In this document: positions 35,211 through 45,223 of the stretch, in pieces
Layout of the letters: the number at the start of each line of letters is the position of its first letter
Position numbering within the stretch: the first letter of the stretch is position 1
DNA from: an uncultured Candidatus Peribacteria bacterium
GTDB taxonomy: Bacteria; Patescibacteriota; Gracilibacteria; UBA1369; 2-02-FULL-48-14
Assembly: GCA_964624175.1 (NCBI GenBank)
Contig: CAZUWE010000005.1
Coordinates: forward strand, 5,731 to 69,730
Direction: 5' to 3'
Length of the DNA stretch: 64,000 nucleotides
The notes under the pieces: generated by a model
Told to the model about the DNA's origin: nothing
Database searches by the model: none
What the model saw: only the letters and a program-made list of their open reading frames with translations
Program-made: the position numbers and the translations under genes

Positions 35211-36533
35211 TTAGCCTTTATAGAAACGTTCGTAGTGGTGGGTGAGCAAGTCCGCGTTGATACGGCGGATGAGATCCAGAACCACTCCCACGATGATGAT
35301 GATACCAGCTCCGCTCACCACCATTGGAACAGATCCAACGCTGAATTGAGAGAAGATGAGTTGAAGTACAATAGGCAGCACTCCCACGAAACCAATCATC
35401 GCTCCTCCGAAGAGATTGAGACGATTAGACACCTTTGAAAGGTATTCTGAGGTTTCTTTACCAGGACGGAGTCCAGGCACGAATCCTCCACGCTTTTGGA
35501 TGTTTTCTGCGATTTGATCTGGGTTGAACACGATGCTTACGTAGAAGAAAGTGAACGCAATAACGAGTACGAAGTAAACCACGATGTAAGTCCAGCTTTG
35601 AGAGTTGAATTGAGTCGTTGCAAAGCGTCCAATTGCCTTCACCCATTCAGAGTCTGCATAGAGCAGGAACTGTCCGATGATAGAAGGGAAAGTAACTAGA
35701 GATACCGCGAAGAGAATCGGAATCATTCCAGCTTGGTTCACACGAATAGGAAGGAAGGATTGTTCTGCTTTAGCGCGTCCACGTTGACCTGCATAGGTGA
35801 TAGGGATGCGTCGTTGACCTTCCGTGAAGAGCACCACTACGAGGGTGAACAAGAGCGAGAACAAGAGGATTGCCACGAGAGGCAAAAGACGTTCAGGTTC
35901 TGTTTGAGCCAAGGTAAGGGTAGGTCCTACGATGGGAGGAATAGATGCAATGATACCTGCAAAGATGAGCACTGAGGTTCCGTTTCCAATTCCTTTTTCT
36001 GAAATCACTTCTCCAAGCCACATGAGCACGATGGTTCCCGCAGAAACGGTCACCATAATAGGCAGCATCACTGACCAGTATTCCCATCCTACAAGGCTTC
36101 CATCGAGTCCTGGAATGATTGGCACTTGTGCTTGAGCGTTGATCAAGGTGATCATTCCGTACGATTGTAGGAAGGCGAGAGGCAGAGCCAGCCAACGAGT
36201 CCAACGATTCATACGCTTACGTCCTTGTTCACCTTCTTTAGAGATTTCCTCCATGCGAGGAATGATCACAGTCAATAGTTGGATGATGATCGATGCATTG
36301 ATGTAAGGAGAAAGTCCCATCAAAGCGATGGAAAAGTTCTCTGAGCTACCTCCAGTCAATAAACTAAAAGCTCCGAGCAGAGAGTTCTGGTCGAATACAT
36401 ATTTAAGAGCAGCCGTGTCCACTTCTGGAATCGTGATGTGAGTCATGATGCGGTAAACCGCAACGATTCCCAAGGTGAAAAGAATCCTCTTTCGCAGATC
36501 CTTAGAATTCCAGATTTGCTTGAGTACGTTCAC
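35211..36533 (-). CDS. secY: Preprotein translocase subunit SecY
   Basis: 10-TM profile with GLSPYINASIIIQLL and the position between rplO and adk. GTG start. Confidence 0.95.
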   Translation of the reverse strand: MNVLKQIWNSKDLRKRILFTLGIVAVYRIMTHITIPEVDTAALKYVFDQNSLLGAFSLLTGGSSENFSIALMGLSPYINASIIIQLLTVIIPRMEEISKEGEQGRKRMNRWTRWLALPLAFLQSYGMITLINAQAQVPIIPGLDGSLVGWEYWSVMLPIMVTVSAGTIVLMWLGEVISEKGIGNGTSVLIFAGIIASIPPIVGPTLTLAQTEPERLLPLVAILLFSLLFTLVVVLFTEGQRRIPITYAGQRGRAKAEQSFLPIRVNQAGMIPILFAVSLVTFPSIIGQFLLYADSEWVKAIGRFATTQFNSQSWTYIVVYFVLVIAFTFFYVSIVFNPDQIAENIQKRGGFVPGLRPGKETSEYLSKVSNRLNLFGGAMIGFVGVLPIVLQLIFSQFSVGSVPMVVSGAGIIIIVGVVLDLIRRINADLLTHHYERFYKG

Positions 36534-36545
36534 GAGAGTGGAGGG

Positions 36546-37007
36546 TTATTGAGATTCTTTTTCAGAAGACTTTTCAAGGAGGGTGAGAGTTCCACCTGCC
36601 TTTTCAACAGCCTTCTTTGCGCTTTCAGAAGCGCGATGTACGGTGATATTGAGCTTAGCTTTGAGAGCACCAGTACCGAGGAGCTTGATTCGGCCCTTTC
36701 GGTTTACCACGCGCTTAGCCATAAGCGTTTCAGCGTTTACAGTAGCTCCATCTTCAAACACATCGAGTTGTTCCAAGTTCACAGTACGGTAGATCTCCTT
36801 GTTGAAGTTCTTGAATCCTTTGAGCTTAGGCATTCGGCGTACGAGAGGGGTTTGTCCTCCTTCGAACGCTGCACGAGACTTAGCACCGGTACGAGATCCA
36901 GCTCCTTTCACTCCACGTCCAGAGAAGTTTCCTCCGTGAAGTCCACGTCCGCGACGGATTTTTTTCTTGGTGCTACCAGCGGCTGGTTTAATAGTATTTT
37001 GCTTCAT
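36546..37007 (-). CDS. rplO: 50S ribosomal protein L15
   Basis: KKKIRRGRGLHGGNFSGRGVKGAGSRTG...GGQTPLVRRMPK. Confidence 0.95.
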   Translation of the reverse strand: MKQNTIKPAAGSTKKKIRRGRGLHGGNFSGRGVKGAGSRTGAKSRAAFEGGQTPLVRRMPKLKGFKNFNKEIYRTVNLEQLDVFEDGATVNAETLMAKRVVNRKGRIKLLGTGALKAKLNITVHRASESAKKAVEKAGGTLTLLEKSSEKESQ

Positions 37008-37009
37008 GA

Positions 37010-37657
37010 TTATTCAGATTTTTTAGATTCTGCCTTTGGGGCTTTTTTAGGTGCAGCAGGTTTGTTCATACGCTTGTCTGCATTCACCATTTCTTTAGCT
37101 TCGCTCTTAGACATCTTCTTCACTTCTGGGGCTGCGCGATCTTCACCTTCTTCTTGTTTCTTAGCTTTCTCGCGATCCATTTCCATGTCTGGGCGAACGC
37201 GGAGCTTGGTGAGCGCCTCGTAGGTAGCTTTAGCGGTGTTGATCTTGTTGTTAGATCCGAGAGACTTAGAAAGAATGTTGTGCACTCCAGCAAGTTCGAG
37301 GATTTGACGAACGGCTCCTCCAGCGATGATTCCAGTTCCAATGCTCGCAGGCTTCATCATTACTTCAGAGGCCTTGAACTTAACCTGGATCATGTGAGGA
37401 ATGGTTCCATTGTATACAGGAACCTTGATGAGACGCTTCTTAGCCTTAGCAACGGCCTTTTGAATAGCTTGTTGCACTTCAGTTGCCTTTCCAATTCCGT
37501 ATCCTACGGTCCCTTTTTTATCTCCAATCACTACGGTTGCACGGAAGCGAAGACGTCGTCCTCCCTTAACCACACGAGTCACGCGATCCACTTGGATCAC
37601 TTCTTCTTCGAATTCTTTAACTTCCTTTGGTAATGGTTTTTTTCCGGGTCTTGCCAT
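37010..37657 (-). CDS. rpsE: 30S ribosomal protein S5 with a ~50-aa Lys/Glu-rich C-terminal extension
   Basis: [39 protein letters not shown]...[11 protein letters not shown]. The tail reads [21 protein letters not shown]...[12 protein letters not shown]. It lies 2 nt from rplO, so no rpmD is present. Confidence 0.95.
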   Translation of the reverse strand: MARPGKKPLPKEVKEFEEEVIQVDRVTRVVKGGRRLRFRATVVIGDKKGTVGYGIGKATEVQQAIQKAVAKAKKRLIKVPVYNGTIPHMIQVKFKASEVMMKPASIGTGIIAGGAVRQILELAGVHNILSKSLGSNNKINTAKATYEALTKLRVRPDMEMDREKAKKQEEGEDRAAPEVKKMSKSEAKEMVNADKRMNKPAAPKKAPKAESKKSE

Positions 37658-37680
37658 AGTGTTTTAGTAGGTAGGTGAGA

Positions 37681-38031
37681 TTAGAATTGAAGGCCACCTT
37701 CGCGAGCACCGTCAGCAACGGCTTTCACGCGGCCATGATACTTATATCCGTTTCGGTCAAATACACAAGTCTTGATTCCAGCTTTCGTAGCTTTTTCAGC
37801 GAGTTCTTTACCAACTTCCATTGCACGTTCGAGCTTGGTTCCCTTCGTAGCTTTCATATCGTGAGCTGAAGCGAGGGTCTTTCCAGACGTATCATCAATG
37901 AGTTGTGCGTAGGTGAAGCGGAGGCTTCGGAACACAATCAGACGAGGCTTTTCAGTAGCTCCTTCTACGCGGCTTCGAATGCGGATATGCCTTCGAGTGC
38001 GGTGTTGGTTTTTAGTCTTAGGACGATTCAT
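37681..38031 (-). CDS. rplR: 50S ribosomal protein L18
   Basis: [35 protein letters not shown]...[26 protein letters not shown]. Confidence 0.95.
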   Translation of the reverse strand: MNRPKTKNQHRTRRHIRIRSRVEGATEKPRLIVFRSLRFTYAQLIDDTSGKTLASAHDMKATKGTKLERAMEVGKELAEKATKAGIKTCVFDRNGYKYHGRVKAVADGAREGGLQF

Positions 38032-38055
38032 AGTGAATTAAGAGGTTTTAGTGGA

Positions 38056-38616
38056 CTAAGCCGCAGCCTTAGCAGCAGCCTTACCAGCCTTACGGCGAAT
38101 GCGTTCTTCCATGTACTTGATACCTTTCCCTTTGTAAGGTTCAGGCTTGCGGAATTCACGGATTTCAGCGGCTACTTGTCCAACGAGTTGCTTGTCGATA
38201 CCAGAGATATAAAGCACGTTCTTCTTTTCGTCATCTACCTTGAAGGTGATTCCTGCTGGGGTAGGGTATTCGATTGGATGAGAGTATCCAAGATTGAGTA
38301 CGAGCTTGTTCCCTTGAACGGCTACACGGTAACCCACTCCATTGATTTCCATGGTCTTAGTAAACCCTTTGGTCACTCCTTCAACCATGTTGCTGATGAG
38401 AGTACGGGTGAGACCGTGGAGAGAGTGCTGAGCTTTGTCTTCGATGTTGTCGATGGTTGCAAGCACTTCATTTTCTTTGATTTCTACCTTAACAAGAGGA
38501 TTTGGCTTGTAGCGAAGTTCTCCCTTAGGCCCCTTAGCCACGAGGGTACCGTCAGCTTCTCGAGTGATGGTAACTCCCGCAGGAATGGCAACCGGTTTTT
38601 TTCCAATACGTGACAT
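38056..38616 (-). CDS. rplF: 50S ribosomal protein L6
   Basis: MSRIGKKPVAIPAGVTI...GVGYRVAVQGNKLVLNLGYSHP...EPYKGKGIKY. Confidence 0.95.
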   Translation of the reverse strand: MSRIGKKPVAIPAGVTITREADGTLVAKGPKGELRYKPNPLVKVEIKENEVLATIDNIEDKAQHSLHGLTRTLISNMVEGVTKGFTKTMEINGVGYRVAVQGNKLVLNLGYSHPIEYPTPAGITFKVDDEKKNVLYISGIDKQLVGQVAAEIREFRKPEPYKGKGIKYMEERIRRKAGKAAAKAAA

Positions 38617-38636
38617 AATTTAAGGTAGAAAGTTGA

Positions 38637-39023
38637 TTAGTAGATTTCGCAGAGATATTCACCTCCAAGCTTTTGCTTGCGGGCTTCGTCACCGCTCATG
38701 ATTCCCTTTGAAGTAGAAACAATCGCGAGTCCGAGGCCATTGAGCACTCGAGGAATTTCTTGAGACTTAACGTAGATACGTTGTCCAGGCTTGCTCACTG
38801 ACTTGAGGTGCAAATCTTGACGGTTCTCAGGAATTTCAATCAAAAGTTCTTTAGCCACTCCTTCTCCGCTTGCCTTCACTTCAAGCACATAACCCTTTTC
38901 CTTAAGCACGTCGCAAATAGAATGCTTCATCTTTGAGTAGGGAACATGCACGAGTGTTTTTCGAGCACGAGCCGCATTTCGGATGCGAGTGAGAAGGTCT
39001 GCTATTGGATCGGTGACGGTCAT
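38637..39023 (-). CDS. rpsH: 30S ribosomal protein S8
   Basis: DPIADLLTRIRNAARA...GLAIVSTSKGIMSGDEARKQKLGGEYLCEIY. Confidence 0.95.
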   Translation of the reverse strand: MTVTDPIADLLTRIRNAARARKTLVHVPYSKMKHSICDVLKEKGYVLEVKASGEGVAKELLIEIPENRQDLHLKSVSKPGQRIYVKSQEIPRVLNGLGLAIVSTSKGIMSGDEARKQKLGGEYLCEIY

Positions 39024-39051
39024 TTTGTCTAGTTAATTAGTTGTTGTAGGA

Positions 39052-39282
39052 TTACCAGGAAGACTTTTTGATTCCCATGAGAGTCCCTGCACGGGCCATT
39101 TCACGGAAGCAAATTCGACAGATGTCAAAGCGTCGCATGTATCCGTGGCTTCGTCCGCACTTACCACAGCGGTTGTACATACGTACAGCCTGTCCGGGCT
39201 TAGGTGCGAGTCCGAGAGCGAGACGGTGCTTTACCGCCTTGCGTCGTTTCGCCGCTTTGTTGATCATCGAAAGTTTTGCCAT
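39052..39282 (-). CDS. rpsN: 30S ribosomal protein S14 (zinc-ribbon type, 76 aa)
   Basis: [23 protein letters not shown]...W; C-x2-C ... C-x2-C. It lies between rpsH and rplE. Confidence 0.92.
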   Translation of the reverse strand: MAKLSMINKAAKRRKAVKHRLALGLAPKPGQAVRMYNRCGKCGRSHGYMRRFDICRICFREMARAGTLMGIKKSSW

Positions 39283-39288
39283 GTTGAA

Positions 39289-39861
39289 TTATTTTTTAGA
39301 AGCTTTAGATTCGCGAGGTTCGTCTCGGAATGGGAAGCCCAGGGCTTTCAAAAGAAGGTAAGTCTCACGGTTGTTTTTAGCCGTGGTCGATACATTCACT
39401 TGAAGACCATGAGTTCGAGTGAGTTTTTCTTGGTTCACTTCAGGGAAGATTGTGCAATCTTCGAGCCCGAGTGAAAAGTTACCTTGTCCATCCATTCCAC
39501 GAGAGCTGATTCCACGGAAGTCACGTACACGGGGGAGAGCAATGTTCACAAGACGAGCAATGAAGTCGTACATGCGTTCTCCACGAAGAGTGGAATTGAG
39601 TCCTACTGGGAGACCTGCACGAAGTTTGAAGTTAGAAATAGCCTTACGAGCCTTTCGGAGCACTGGCTTTTGTCCAGTGATTTCAGAAATGCTGTTTTCT
39701 ACATGGCTGTAGTCCTTTCCTCCGGCAACCACCATGCTACCAATACCTACGCTGATGCTTACTTTCTTAAGCTTAGGGATTGCATTGATGTTGTCGCGTC
39801 CAAGCTCTTTCTTGAGCATGGGCACCACTTCTTTCACGTATTTTTCTTGTAGGTAAGACAT
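39289..39861 (-). CDS. rplE: 50S ribosomal protein L5
   Basis: NINAIPKLKKVSISVGIG...ITGQKPVLRKARKAISNFKLR...ALPRVRDFRGIS. Confidence 0.95.
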   Translation of the reverse strand: MSYLQEKYVKEVVPMLKKELGRDNINAIPKLKKVSISVGIGSMVVAGGKDYSHVENSISEITGQKPVLRKARKAISNFKLRAGLPVGLNSTLRGERMYDFIARLVNIALPRVRDFRGISSRGMDGQGNFSLGLEDCTIFPEVNQEKLTRTHGLQVNVSTTAKNNRETYLLLKALGFPFRDEPRESKASKK

Positions 39862-39867
39862 AGTTGA

Positions 39868-40173
39868 TTAGAGTACTGAGTTACTTTTTTTAGCGATACG
39901 TTCTTTCTTTCCGTCCTTAGATACTTTGTATCCAACGCGGGTTCCTTTCTTGGTCTTAGGATCGAGCAGCATCACGTTTGAAGCGTGCATAGGAGCTTCG
40001 AAGCTAACACGTTGTCCGGCTTGAGTCTTAGACTTGCGAACGTGACGAACCACTTTGTTGAGACCCTCCACTACTACGCGGTCAGTCTTTTTAAGGATGC
40101 GCATGACCTTTCCGGTTTTGTTGCGCTCCTTCCCAGTGATCACCACGACCATGTCTCCTTTTTTGATTTTCAT
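39868..40173 (-). CDS. rplX: 50S ribosomal protein L24
   Basis: MKIKKGDMVVVITGKERNKTGKVMRIL...VVVEGLN (KOW motif). Confidence 0.95.
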   Translation of the reverse strand: MKIKKGDMVVVITGKERNKTGKVMRILKKTDRVVVEGLNKVVRHVRKSKTQAGQRVSFEAPMHASNVMLLDPKTKKGTRVGYKVSKDGKKERIAKKSNSVL

Positions 40174-40177
40174 AGAA

Positions 40178-40546
40178 TTAGAGTACTTCAGGTGCTAAAG
40201 AAATGATTTTTTGGTATCCACGATCACGGAGTTCACGAGCTACGGGTCCGAACACACGAGTTCCTTTAGGTACTCCGTCCTTACCGATGATCACGACTGC
40301 GTTTTCATCGAAACGAACATAGGTACCATCTTTTCGCTTGTAGTTCTTGTTGATACGAACGATCACAGCAGTTTGAACGGTCTTTTGCTTCACTGCACCC
40401 TTAGGAGCAGCTTTCTTCACAGAAACAATGATCTGATCACCGATACCTGCGTAACGGCGCTTAGAGCTTCCGAGCACCTTGATGCACATCACCTCTTTGG
40501 CTCCGCTGTTGTCCGCGACTTGTAGAATGGTTTGTTGCTGAATCAT
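40178..40546 (-). CDS. rplN: 50S ribosomal protein L14
   Basis: [26 protein letters not shown]...[10 protein letters not shown]...[13 protein letters not shown]. Confidence 0.96.
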   Translation of the reverse strand: MIQQQTILQVADNSGAKEVMCIKVLGSSKRRYAGIGDQIIVSVKKAAPKGAVKQKTVQTAVIVRINKNYKRKDGTYVRFDENAVVIIGKDGVPKGTRVFGPVARELRDRGYQKIISLAPEVL

Positions 40547-40551
40547 ATAGT

Positions 40552-40821
40552 TTAAGCAGCTTTTTTAGATGTTTTCTTTGCAGGCTTTTCTGCAGCTACG
40601 GGAGCATCCACAGTCCATCGCTTGAGGCGAGAAAGGGGACGAGTTTCGTAGATAGTAACTTTATCACCAACCTTGTACACTTCCTTTTCATCGTGCGCAT
40701 GGAACTTGTTAGATTCGCTGTAGCGTTTCTTATACTTAGGATCCATTTTTGAGGTGTCCACTTTTACAACGATGGTTTTGGTGCCTGATTTAGAGACAAC
40801 CTTTCCTTCTTTCGTTCGCAT
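40552..40821 (-). CDS. rpsQ: 30S ribosomal protein S17
   Basis: [16 protein letters not shown]...[15 protein letters not shown]...[19 protein letters not shown]. It has a Lys/Ala tail. Confidence 0.93.
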   Translation of the reverse strand: MRTKEGKVVSKSGTKTIVVKVDTSKMDPKYKKRYSESNKFHAHDEKEVYKVGDKVTIYETRPLSRLKRWTVDAPVAAEKPAKKTSKKAA

Positions 40822-40823
40822 AG

Positions 40824-41033
40824 TTAGTTGTTAGTAGGTTGGTTATTGAGGGTCTGAAGACGAGCGTATTGCTTTTGCCATGCACTCTTGAGATGGCTTT
40901 GCTTTTCCTTCCCAGTACGGATGAGGAGAAGTAAGTGCGCTTGTTCGCGCTCCATTTCACTCATGAGCTTAGCTCGGTCATTTGAGCTCATCTTTTGAAG
41001 TTCTTCGGTGCTGTAAAGTTTTACGTCTGACAT
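40824..41033 (-). CDS. rpmC: 50S ribosomal protein L29
   Basis: 69-aa helical protein with STEELQKMSSNDRAKLMSEMEREQAHLLL, lying between rplP and rpsQ. Confidence 0.88.
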   Translation of the reverse strand: MSDVKLYSTEELQKMSSNDRAKLMSEMEREQAHLLLLIRTGKEKQSHLKSAWQKQYARLQTLNNQPTNN

Positions 41034-41035
41034 CT

Positions 41036-41452
41036 TTATTGGTTGATTGAAACAAATTTAGTCTTAACAGGAAGTTTGTGACCAGCCATGACAAGCGCTT
41101 CACGAGCTACCTTTTCATCCACTCCGTCCATCTCGAACATAATAGTTCCAGGTTTAACGAGGGTGGTGTAGCGGTCTACGGCTCCCTTTCCAGATCCCAT
41201 CGGTACTTCAGCAGCTTTGATGGTGATTGGTTTGTGTGGGAATACTCGAATCCAGATCTTTCCGGCACGTTGCACATGGTGAGCGAGTACACGACGAGCG
41301 GCTTCAATTTGACGAGAAGACACTTCGCTGATTTCTAGGCTCTTGAGACCATAGCTCCCGAAGGAGAGGGTGCTACCTCCCTTAGAAGTTCCTTTGAAAC
41401 TTCCTCGGAGACGTTGCCATTTTCGGAATTTTGCTCGTTTAGGTAGTAACAT
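41036..41452 (-). CDS. rplP: 50S ribosomal protein L16
   Basis: MLLPKRAKFRKWQRLRGSFKG...QIEAARRVLAHHVQRAGKIWIRVFPHKPIT.K..EV.MGSGKG. Confidence 0.96.
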   Translation of the reverse strand: MLLPKRAKFRKWQRLRGSFKGTSKGGSTLSFGSYGLKSLEISEVSSRQIEAARRVLAHHVQRAGKIWIRVFPHKPITIKAAEVPMGSGKGAVDRYTTLVKPGTIMFEMDGVDEKVAREALVMAGHKLPVKTKFVSINQ

Positions 41453-41458
41453 AGTGTA

Positions 41459-42100
41459 TTAAGCTTTCTGTGGATTAAATACCATTCCTTTGTTGATCCA
41501 AACCTTAACCCCGATTTTACCGTAGGTGGTTTGAGCTTCAGCAAGGGCGTAATCGATGTCTGCACGGAAGGTATGAAGAGGGATTTGTCCTTCAGCGTAG
41601 AACTCTGTTCGAGAGATTTCTACTCCGTTGAGACGTCCGCTCATACGAATCTTCACTCCTTTAGCACCGGCATCAATTGCTTTTTTGATAGCCATCTTAG
41701 CTGCACGGCGGTAAGAAACACGTCGCTCGATTTGCATTGCGATGTTTTCTCCTACCAGCCACGCATCGAGTTCAGGCTTCTTGATCTCCTTGATGTTGAT
41801 GGTGAACTTGTGTCCGAATTCTTTTTCCAGTTCTGCCTTAAGATCTTCCACGCTAGCTCCTTGTCGTCCGATGATCACTCCAGGTTTAGCTGAGTGAATA
41901 CTGAGGGTGATGTCCTTAGCGTTTCGAGCGAGTTCAATCTTTGAAACCCCAGAGTCGTTCAATTTCTTTCGAACGAATGCACGAATCTTGATGTCTTCAG
42001 CGAGCATCTTTCCGTAGTTCTTCGGATTAGAATACCAGCTTGAATCCCAAGTGCGGATGATTCCGGTTCGAAGCCCAACTGGATTTACTTTACTTCCCAT
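41459..42100 (-). CDS. rpsC: 30S ribosomal protein S3
   Basis: MGSKVNPVGLRTGIIRTWDSSWY...KPGVIIGRQGASVEDLK...RRAAKMAIKKAIDAGAKGVKIRMSGRLNG. Confidence 0.96.
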   Translation of the reverse strand: MGSKVNPVGLRTGIIRTWDSSWYSNPKNYGKMLAEDIKIRAFVRKKLNDSGVSKIELARNAKDITLSIHSAKPGVIIGRQGASVEDLKAELEKEFGHKFTINIKEIKKPELDAWLVGENIAMQIERRVSYRRAAKMAIKKAIDAGAKGVKIRMSGRLNGVEISRTEFYAEGQIPLHTFRADIDYALAEAQTTYGKIGVKVWINKGMVFNPQKA

Positions 42101-42103
42101 AAC

Positions 42104-42493
42104 TTATGCTTGAGGGTTAGATTTTGGGGCTTTTTTAGCCTTAGAAGCTTTCTTAGTGCTAGCTCCACTCATCACGTCAACGGTCACTCGGATTTGAGCG
42201 GTACGCTTCATGATAGGGTGCTGTCGTCCACGAGATACAGGTACTCCACGCTTGTAAGTAGGTCCTTTGGTCACGATGATTTCCTTGATGTAGAGGTTGC
42301 TGCGGTTTTGCTTGAGATTGTTCTCAGCATTTGCAGCTGCAGAGTCAATGGCCTTGTAGAGAAGGCGAGCTGCTTTCTTAGGTGTGAACTTAAGTTGAGC
42401 GAGCGCATCTTCTACCATCACGCCACGGACGAGACCTGCTACGAGGTTCGCTTTCTTAGGTGAGATCCGAGTATTTTTGAGTAGTGATTTCAT
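42104..42493 (-). CDS. rplV: 50S ribosomal protein L22
   Basis: TRISPKKANLVAGLVRGVMVEDALAQLKFTPKKAARLLYK...GPTYKRG.PVSRGRQHPIMKRTAQIRV. It has a Lys/Ala tail. Confidence 0.95.
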   Translation of the reverse strand: MKSLLKNTRISPKKANLVAGLVRGVMVEDALAQLKFTPKKAARLLYKAIDSAAANAENNLKQNRSNLYIKEIIVTKGPTYKRGVPVSRGRQHPIMKRTAQIRVTVDVMSGASTKKASKAKKAPKSNPQA

Positions 42494-42499
42494 GTGTTA

Positions 42500-42778
42500 T
42501 TAAGCGGCAGCGGCTTCTTTAGATTTAACAGGGTGTCCTTTGAATCGGCGGGTGAAAGCAAATTCTCCGAGACGGTGACCAACCATGGTTTCTGTAACGA
42601 ATACAGGAACGTGATCTTTACCGTTGTGAACCGCGAAGGTGTAACCTACGAATTCAGGAGCAATCTGAGAACGTCGTGCCCAGGTCTTGATGATCTTCTT
42701 GTTGTCGGGGTTCATTGCGAGAACCTTCTTGAGAAGTTTTTCATCAACGTACGGACCTTTGTATGAGCTTCGAGCCAT
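42500..42778 (-). CDS. rpsS: 30S ribosomal protein S19
   Basis: [19 protein letters not shown]...[48 protein letters not shown]. Confidence 0.96.
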   Translation of the reverse strand: MARSSYKGPYVDEKLLKKVLAMNPDNKKIIKTWARRSQIAPEFVGYTFAVHNGKDHVPVFVTETMVGHRLGEFAFTRRFKGHPVKSKEAAAA

Positions 42779-42787
42779 AGTTTAAGA

Positions 42788-43645
42788 TTATTTTTCAGTT
42801 AATTCAGCGACCATTTTGCCCTTACGAGTCTTAACAATCCAGCGATTTGAACTGTTCTTGCGTCGGCGAGTCTTCACTCCGAGCGCATTGAGACCCCAAG
42901 GAGTCTTAGGATACTTAAGTCCAATAGGACAGTTTCCTTCTCCTCCTCCGTGAGGGTGGTCATTAGGATTCATAGCTTTACCACGAACTTCAGGTCGAAG
43001 TCCTTTGTGGCGATTTCGTCCAGCCTTACCAATGGTTACGTTTCCATGGTCCGCGTTTGAAACACGTCCTACGGTTGCGTAGCATTCTTTGTGAACAAAA
43101 CGCACTTCTCCAGAAGGGAGTTGTACTTGAGCGTACTCACCATCCAGGGAAACAAGTTTTGCAGCGGATCCCGCCGTCTTTGCAAGCTGTCCCTTTCCGC
43201 TCAAGTCGATTTGAACGTTATGGATATCGAATCCAACAGGGATGTTTGAAAGTTGCATGCGGTTTCCAGGTCGAGCCTTAGCCTTCTTAGCGGTCATGAT
43301 ACGGTCACCAACCTTGATTCCTTCTGGAGCGAGGTGGTAACGGTATTCTCCATCCTTATAAAGCACGAGCATGATGAACGCGCTTCGATTGGGATCGTAC
43401 TCTACAGTTTTAACCACTGCCTCGATGTTCATCTTATCTTGCTTGAAGTCCACCATACGGATCTGAATCTTGTTTCCAGCTCCACGGTGACGCACGGTGA
43501 TAACTCCATGAGCATTGCGCCCAGCCGCTTCTTTCTTGCTCATAAGCAGACCCTTGAACGGTTTGTTCGTGGTGATCTCTTCGTAGGTCAACACTGTCAT
43601 TGAGCGTTGTCCATTCGTCGTATTTTTGATCTTCTTGATTGGCAT
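42788..43645 (-). CDS. rplB: 50S ribosomal protein L2
   Basis: GRNAHGVITVRHRGAGNK...NRHKGLRPEVRGKAMNPNDHPHGGGEG. Confidence 0.96.
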   Translation of the reverse strand: MPIKKIKNTTNGQRSMTVLTYEEITTNKPFKGLLMSKKEAAGRNAHGVITVRHRGAGNKIQIRMVDFKQDKMNIEAVVKTVEYDPNRSAFIMLVLYKDGEYRYHLAPEGIKVGDRIMTAKKAKARPGNRMQLSNIPVGFDIHNVQIDLSGKGQLAKTAGSAAKLVSLDGEYAQVQLPSGEVRFVHKECYATVGRVSNADHGNVTIGKAGRNRHKGLRPEVRGKAMNPNDHPHGGGEGNCPIGLKYPKTPWGLNALGVKTRRRKNSSNRWIVKTRKGKMVAELTEK

Positions 43646-43663
43646 AAAAATTTAGTGGGCTGA

Positions 43664-44008
43664 TTAGGCAGCAGCAGCTGCTTTCTTAGTAGATTTTTTA
43701 GCGGTAGTTGTTGAAGTCTTTCCAGCTTTATTGAGGTCTAGCTTTTCTCCTGCCTTGAGCGTAATGATCGCTCGGCGAGTAGAAGGTCTCTTTTGCATTG
43801 GCATGCGTCCACGACCGATTCGGTACTTTGGAAGGCCATGCAAGATGTTCACTTTCTCAACGGTCACTCCATAGAGAGCACGGAGTGCATTCTTCACATC
43901 GATCTTGGTTGCATCTTGATTCACCATGAAGGTGTACTTCCCAGCGTTTTCTTGATGCACGCTCTTTTCAGTGAGAACCGGTCGAATGAGAATTTGTGAG
44001 AGATTCAT
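43664..44008 (-). CDS. rplW: 50S ribosomal protein L23
   Basis: ILIRPVLTEKSV...YTFMVNQDATKIDVKNALRALYGVTVEKVNIL. It has a Lys/Thr/Ala tail. Confidence 0.93.
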   Translation of the reverse strand: MNLSQILIRPVLTEKSVHQENAGKYTFMVNQDATKIDVKNALRALYGVTVEKVNILHGLPKYRIGRGRMPMQKRPSTRRAIITLKAGEKLDLNKAGKTSTTTAKKSTKKAAAAA

Positions 44009-44010
44009 AA

Positions 44011-44637
44011 TTACTTAGAATAGGTGGTTTCAAGGTCCTTAAGCGCGGTTTGAGTGAAGAGCACAGAGTCGTAGGTGAGGAGATCTTGAGGGTTGAGATA
44101 ACCACTGAGGATAACCTTACCGTTTCCGATATTCTTTGCAGACATTCGGAGAGTCTTTTCTTCGCGGTTTCCTACCACGAGCACGTCTCGTTTGAGATCA
44201 AGCTTGCTGAGGAGTTTAGCGAAGTCCTTAGTCTTAGGAGCATCGAGTTCGAATTTATCGAGAGCGAGAACTTTCCCTTCCTTAGCTTTCATGCTGAGGA
44301 TTTGGAAGAGAGCTCGGTTTCGTTGCCCCCTAGGCATCATGATCGTGAAGTTTTGCCACTTCTTAGGTCCGAATGCACGCCCTCCTCCTTTCATTTGAGG
44401 GTTACGTGTAGAACCTTGTCGAGCTCGTCCGGTGTGCTTTTGTGCGTAAGGCTTCTTACCTCCTCCAGATACGTCCGCTTTATTCTTAACGTGAGCAATA
44501 GGGCGACGAGCGCTCTTTTGTTGGTAAACGAGGTAGCTGTGAACGAGGCCTTCTCCACCTTCTACTTCGAAGATGTTTTTAGCGAGGGTCACATCACCCG
44601 TCTTTTCTCCAGTCTGATTGTAAAGTGGGGCTTTCAT
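44011..44637 (-). CDS. rplD: 50S ribosomal protein L4
   Basis: VSGGGKKPYAQKHTGRARQGSTRNPQMKGGGRAFGPK. Confidence 0.95.
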   Translation of the reverse strand: MKAPLYNQTGEKTGDVTLAKNIFEVEGGEGLVHSYLVYQQKSARRPIAHVKNKADVSGGGKKPYAQKHTGRARQGSTRNPQMKGGGRAFGPKKWQNFTIMMPRGQRNRALFQILSMKAKEGKVLALDKFELDAPKTKDFAKLLSKLDLKRDVLVVGNREEKTLRMSAKNIGNGKVILSGYLNPQDLLTYDSVLFTQTALKDLETTYSK

Positions 44638-44641
44638 CTAG

Positions 44642-45223
44642 TTAGGCTTTCTTACGAATAATAATGAGGGTTCCATTGCCTCCAGGAACTGCGCCCTTGA
44701 GACCAATGAGGTTCTTGCTAGCATCTACGTATACCACTTGCTTCATCTCGGTAACGCGGTCGGTACCCATGTGTCCGGCCATTCGCTTTCCCTTGTGTAC
44801 CTTACCTGGACGTGCACGAGCTCCGATAGACCCTGGTTCACGTTTGAAGTGAGAACCGTGAGTTCGGCGTCCTCCACGGAAGTGGTGACGGCGTACCACT
44901 CCTTGGTATCCTTTACCCTTAGAAGTGCTCGTGATCTTAACTTCTTCTTCTACGGCGAACATTTCTACGTTCGTCTCATCTCCAATTTTCAAAGAGTCGT
45001 TTTCAGTAGTGCGGAATTCGCGGACGAAGCGGAACTTACGATTCTTCGTAGGCTTCTTCAACGCATCAAACCCGAGGACTACCGCCGGATATCCGTCTTT
45101 TTCTGCGGTCTTCACCTGCACCACCTTGTTAGGTTGGCATTCGATGACCGTAAGAGGGATCACACGACCGTCGTCTTGGATGAGACGAGTCATACCGATT
45201 TTTTTTCCTAGAATTCCTGACAT
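44642..45223 (-). CDS. rplC: 50S ribosomal protein L3
   Basis: ILGKKIGMTRLIQDDGRVIPLTVIE...TSKGKGYQGVVRRHHFRGG..THGS.FKREPGSIG. Confidence 0.96.
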   Translation of the reverse strand: MSGILGKKIGMTRLIQDDGRVIPLTVIECQPNKVVQVKTAEKDGYPAVVLGFDALKKPTKNRKFRFVREFRTTENDSLKIGDETNVEMFAVEEEVKITSTSKGKGYQGVVRRHHFRGGRRTHGSHFKREPGSIGARARPGKVHKGKRMAGHMGTDRVTEMKQVVYVDASKNLIGLKGAVPGGNGTLIIIRKKA

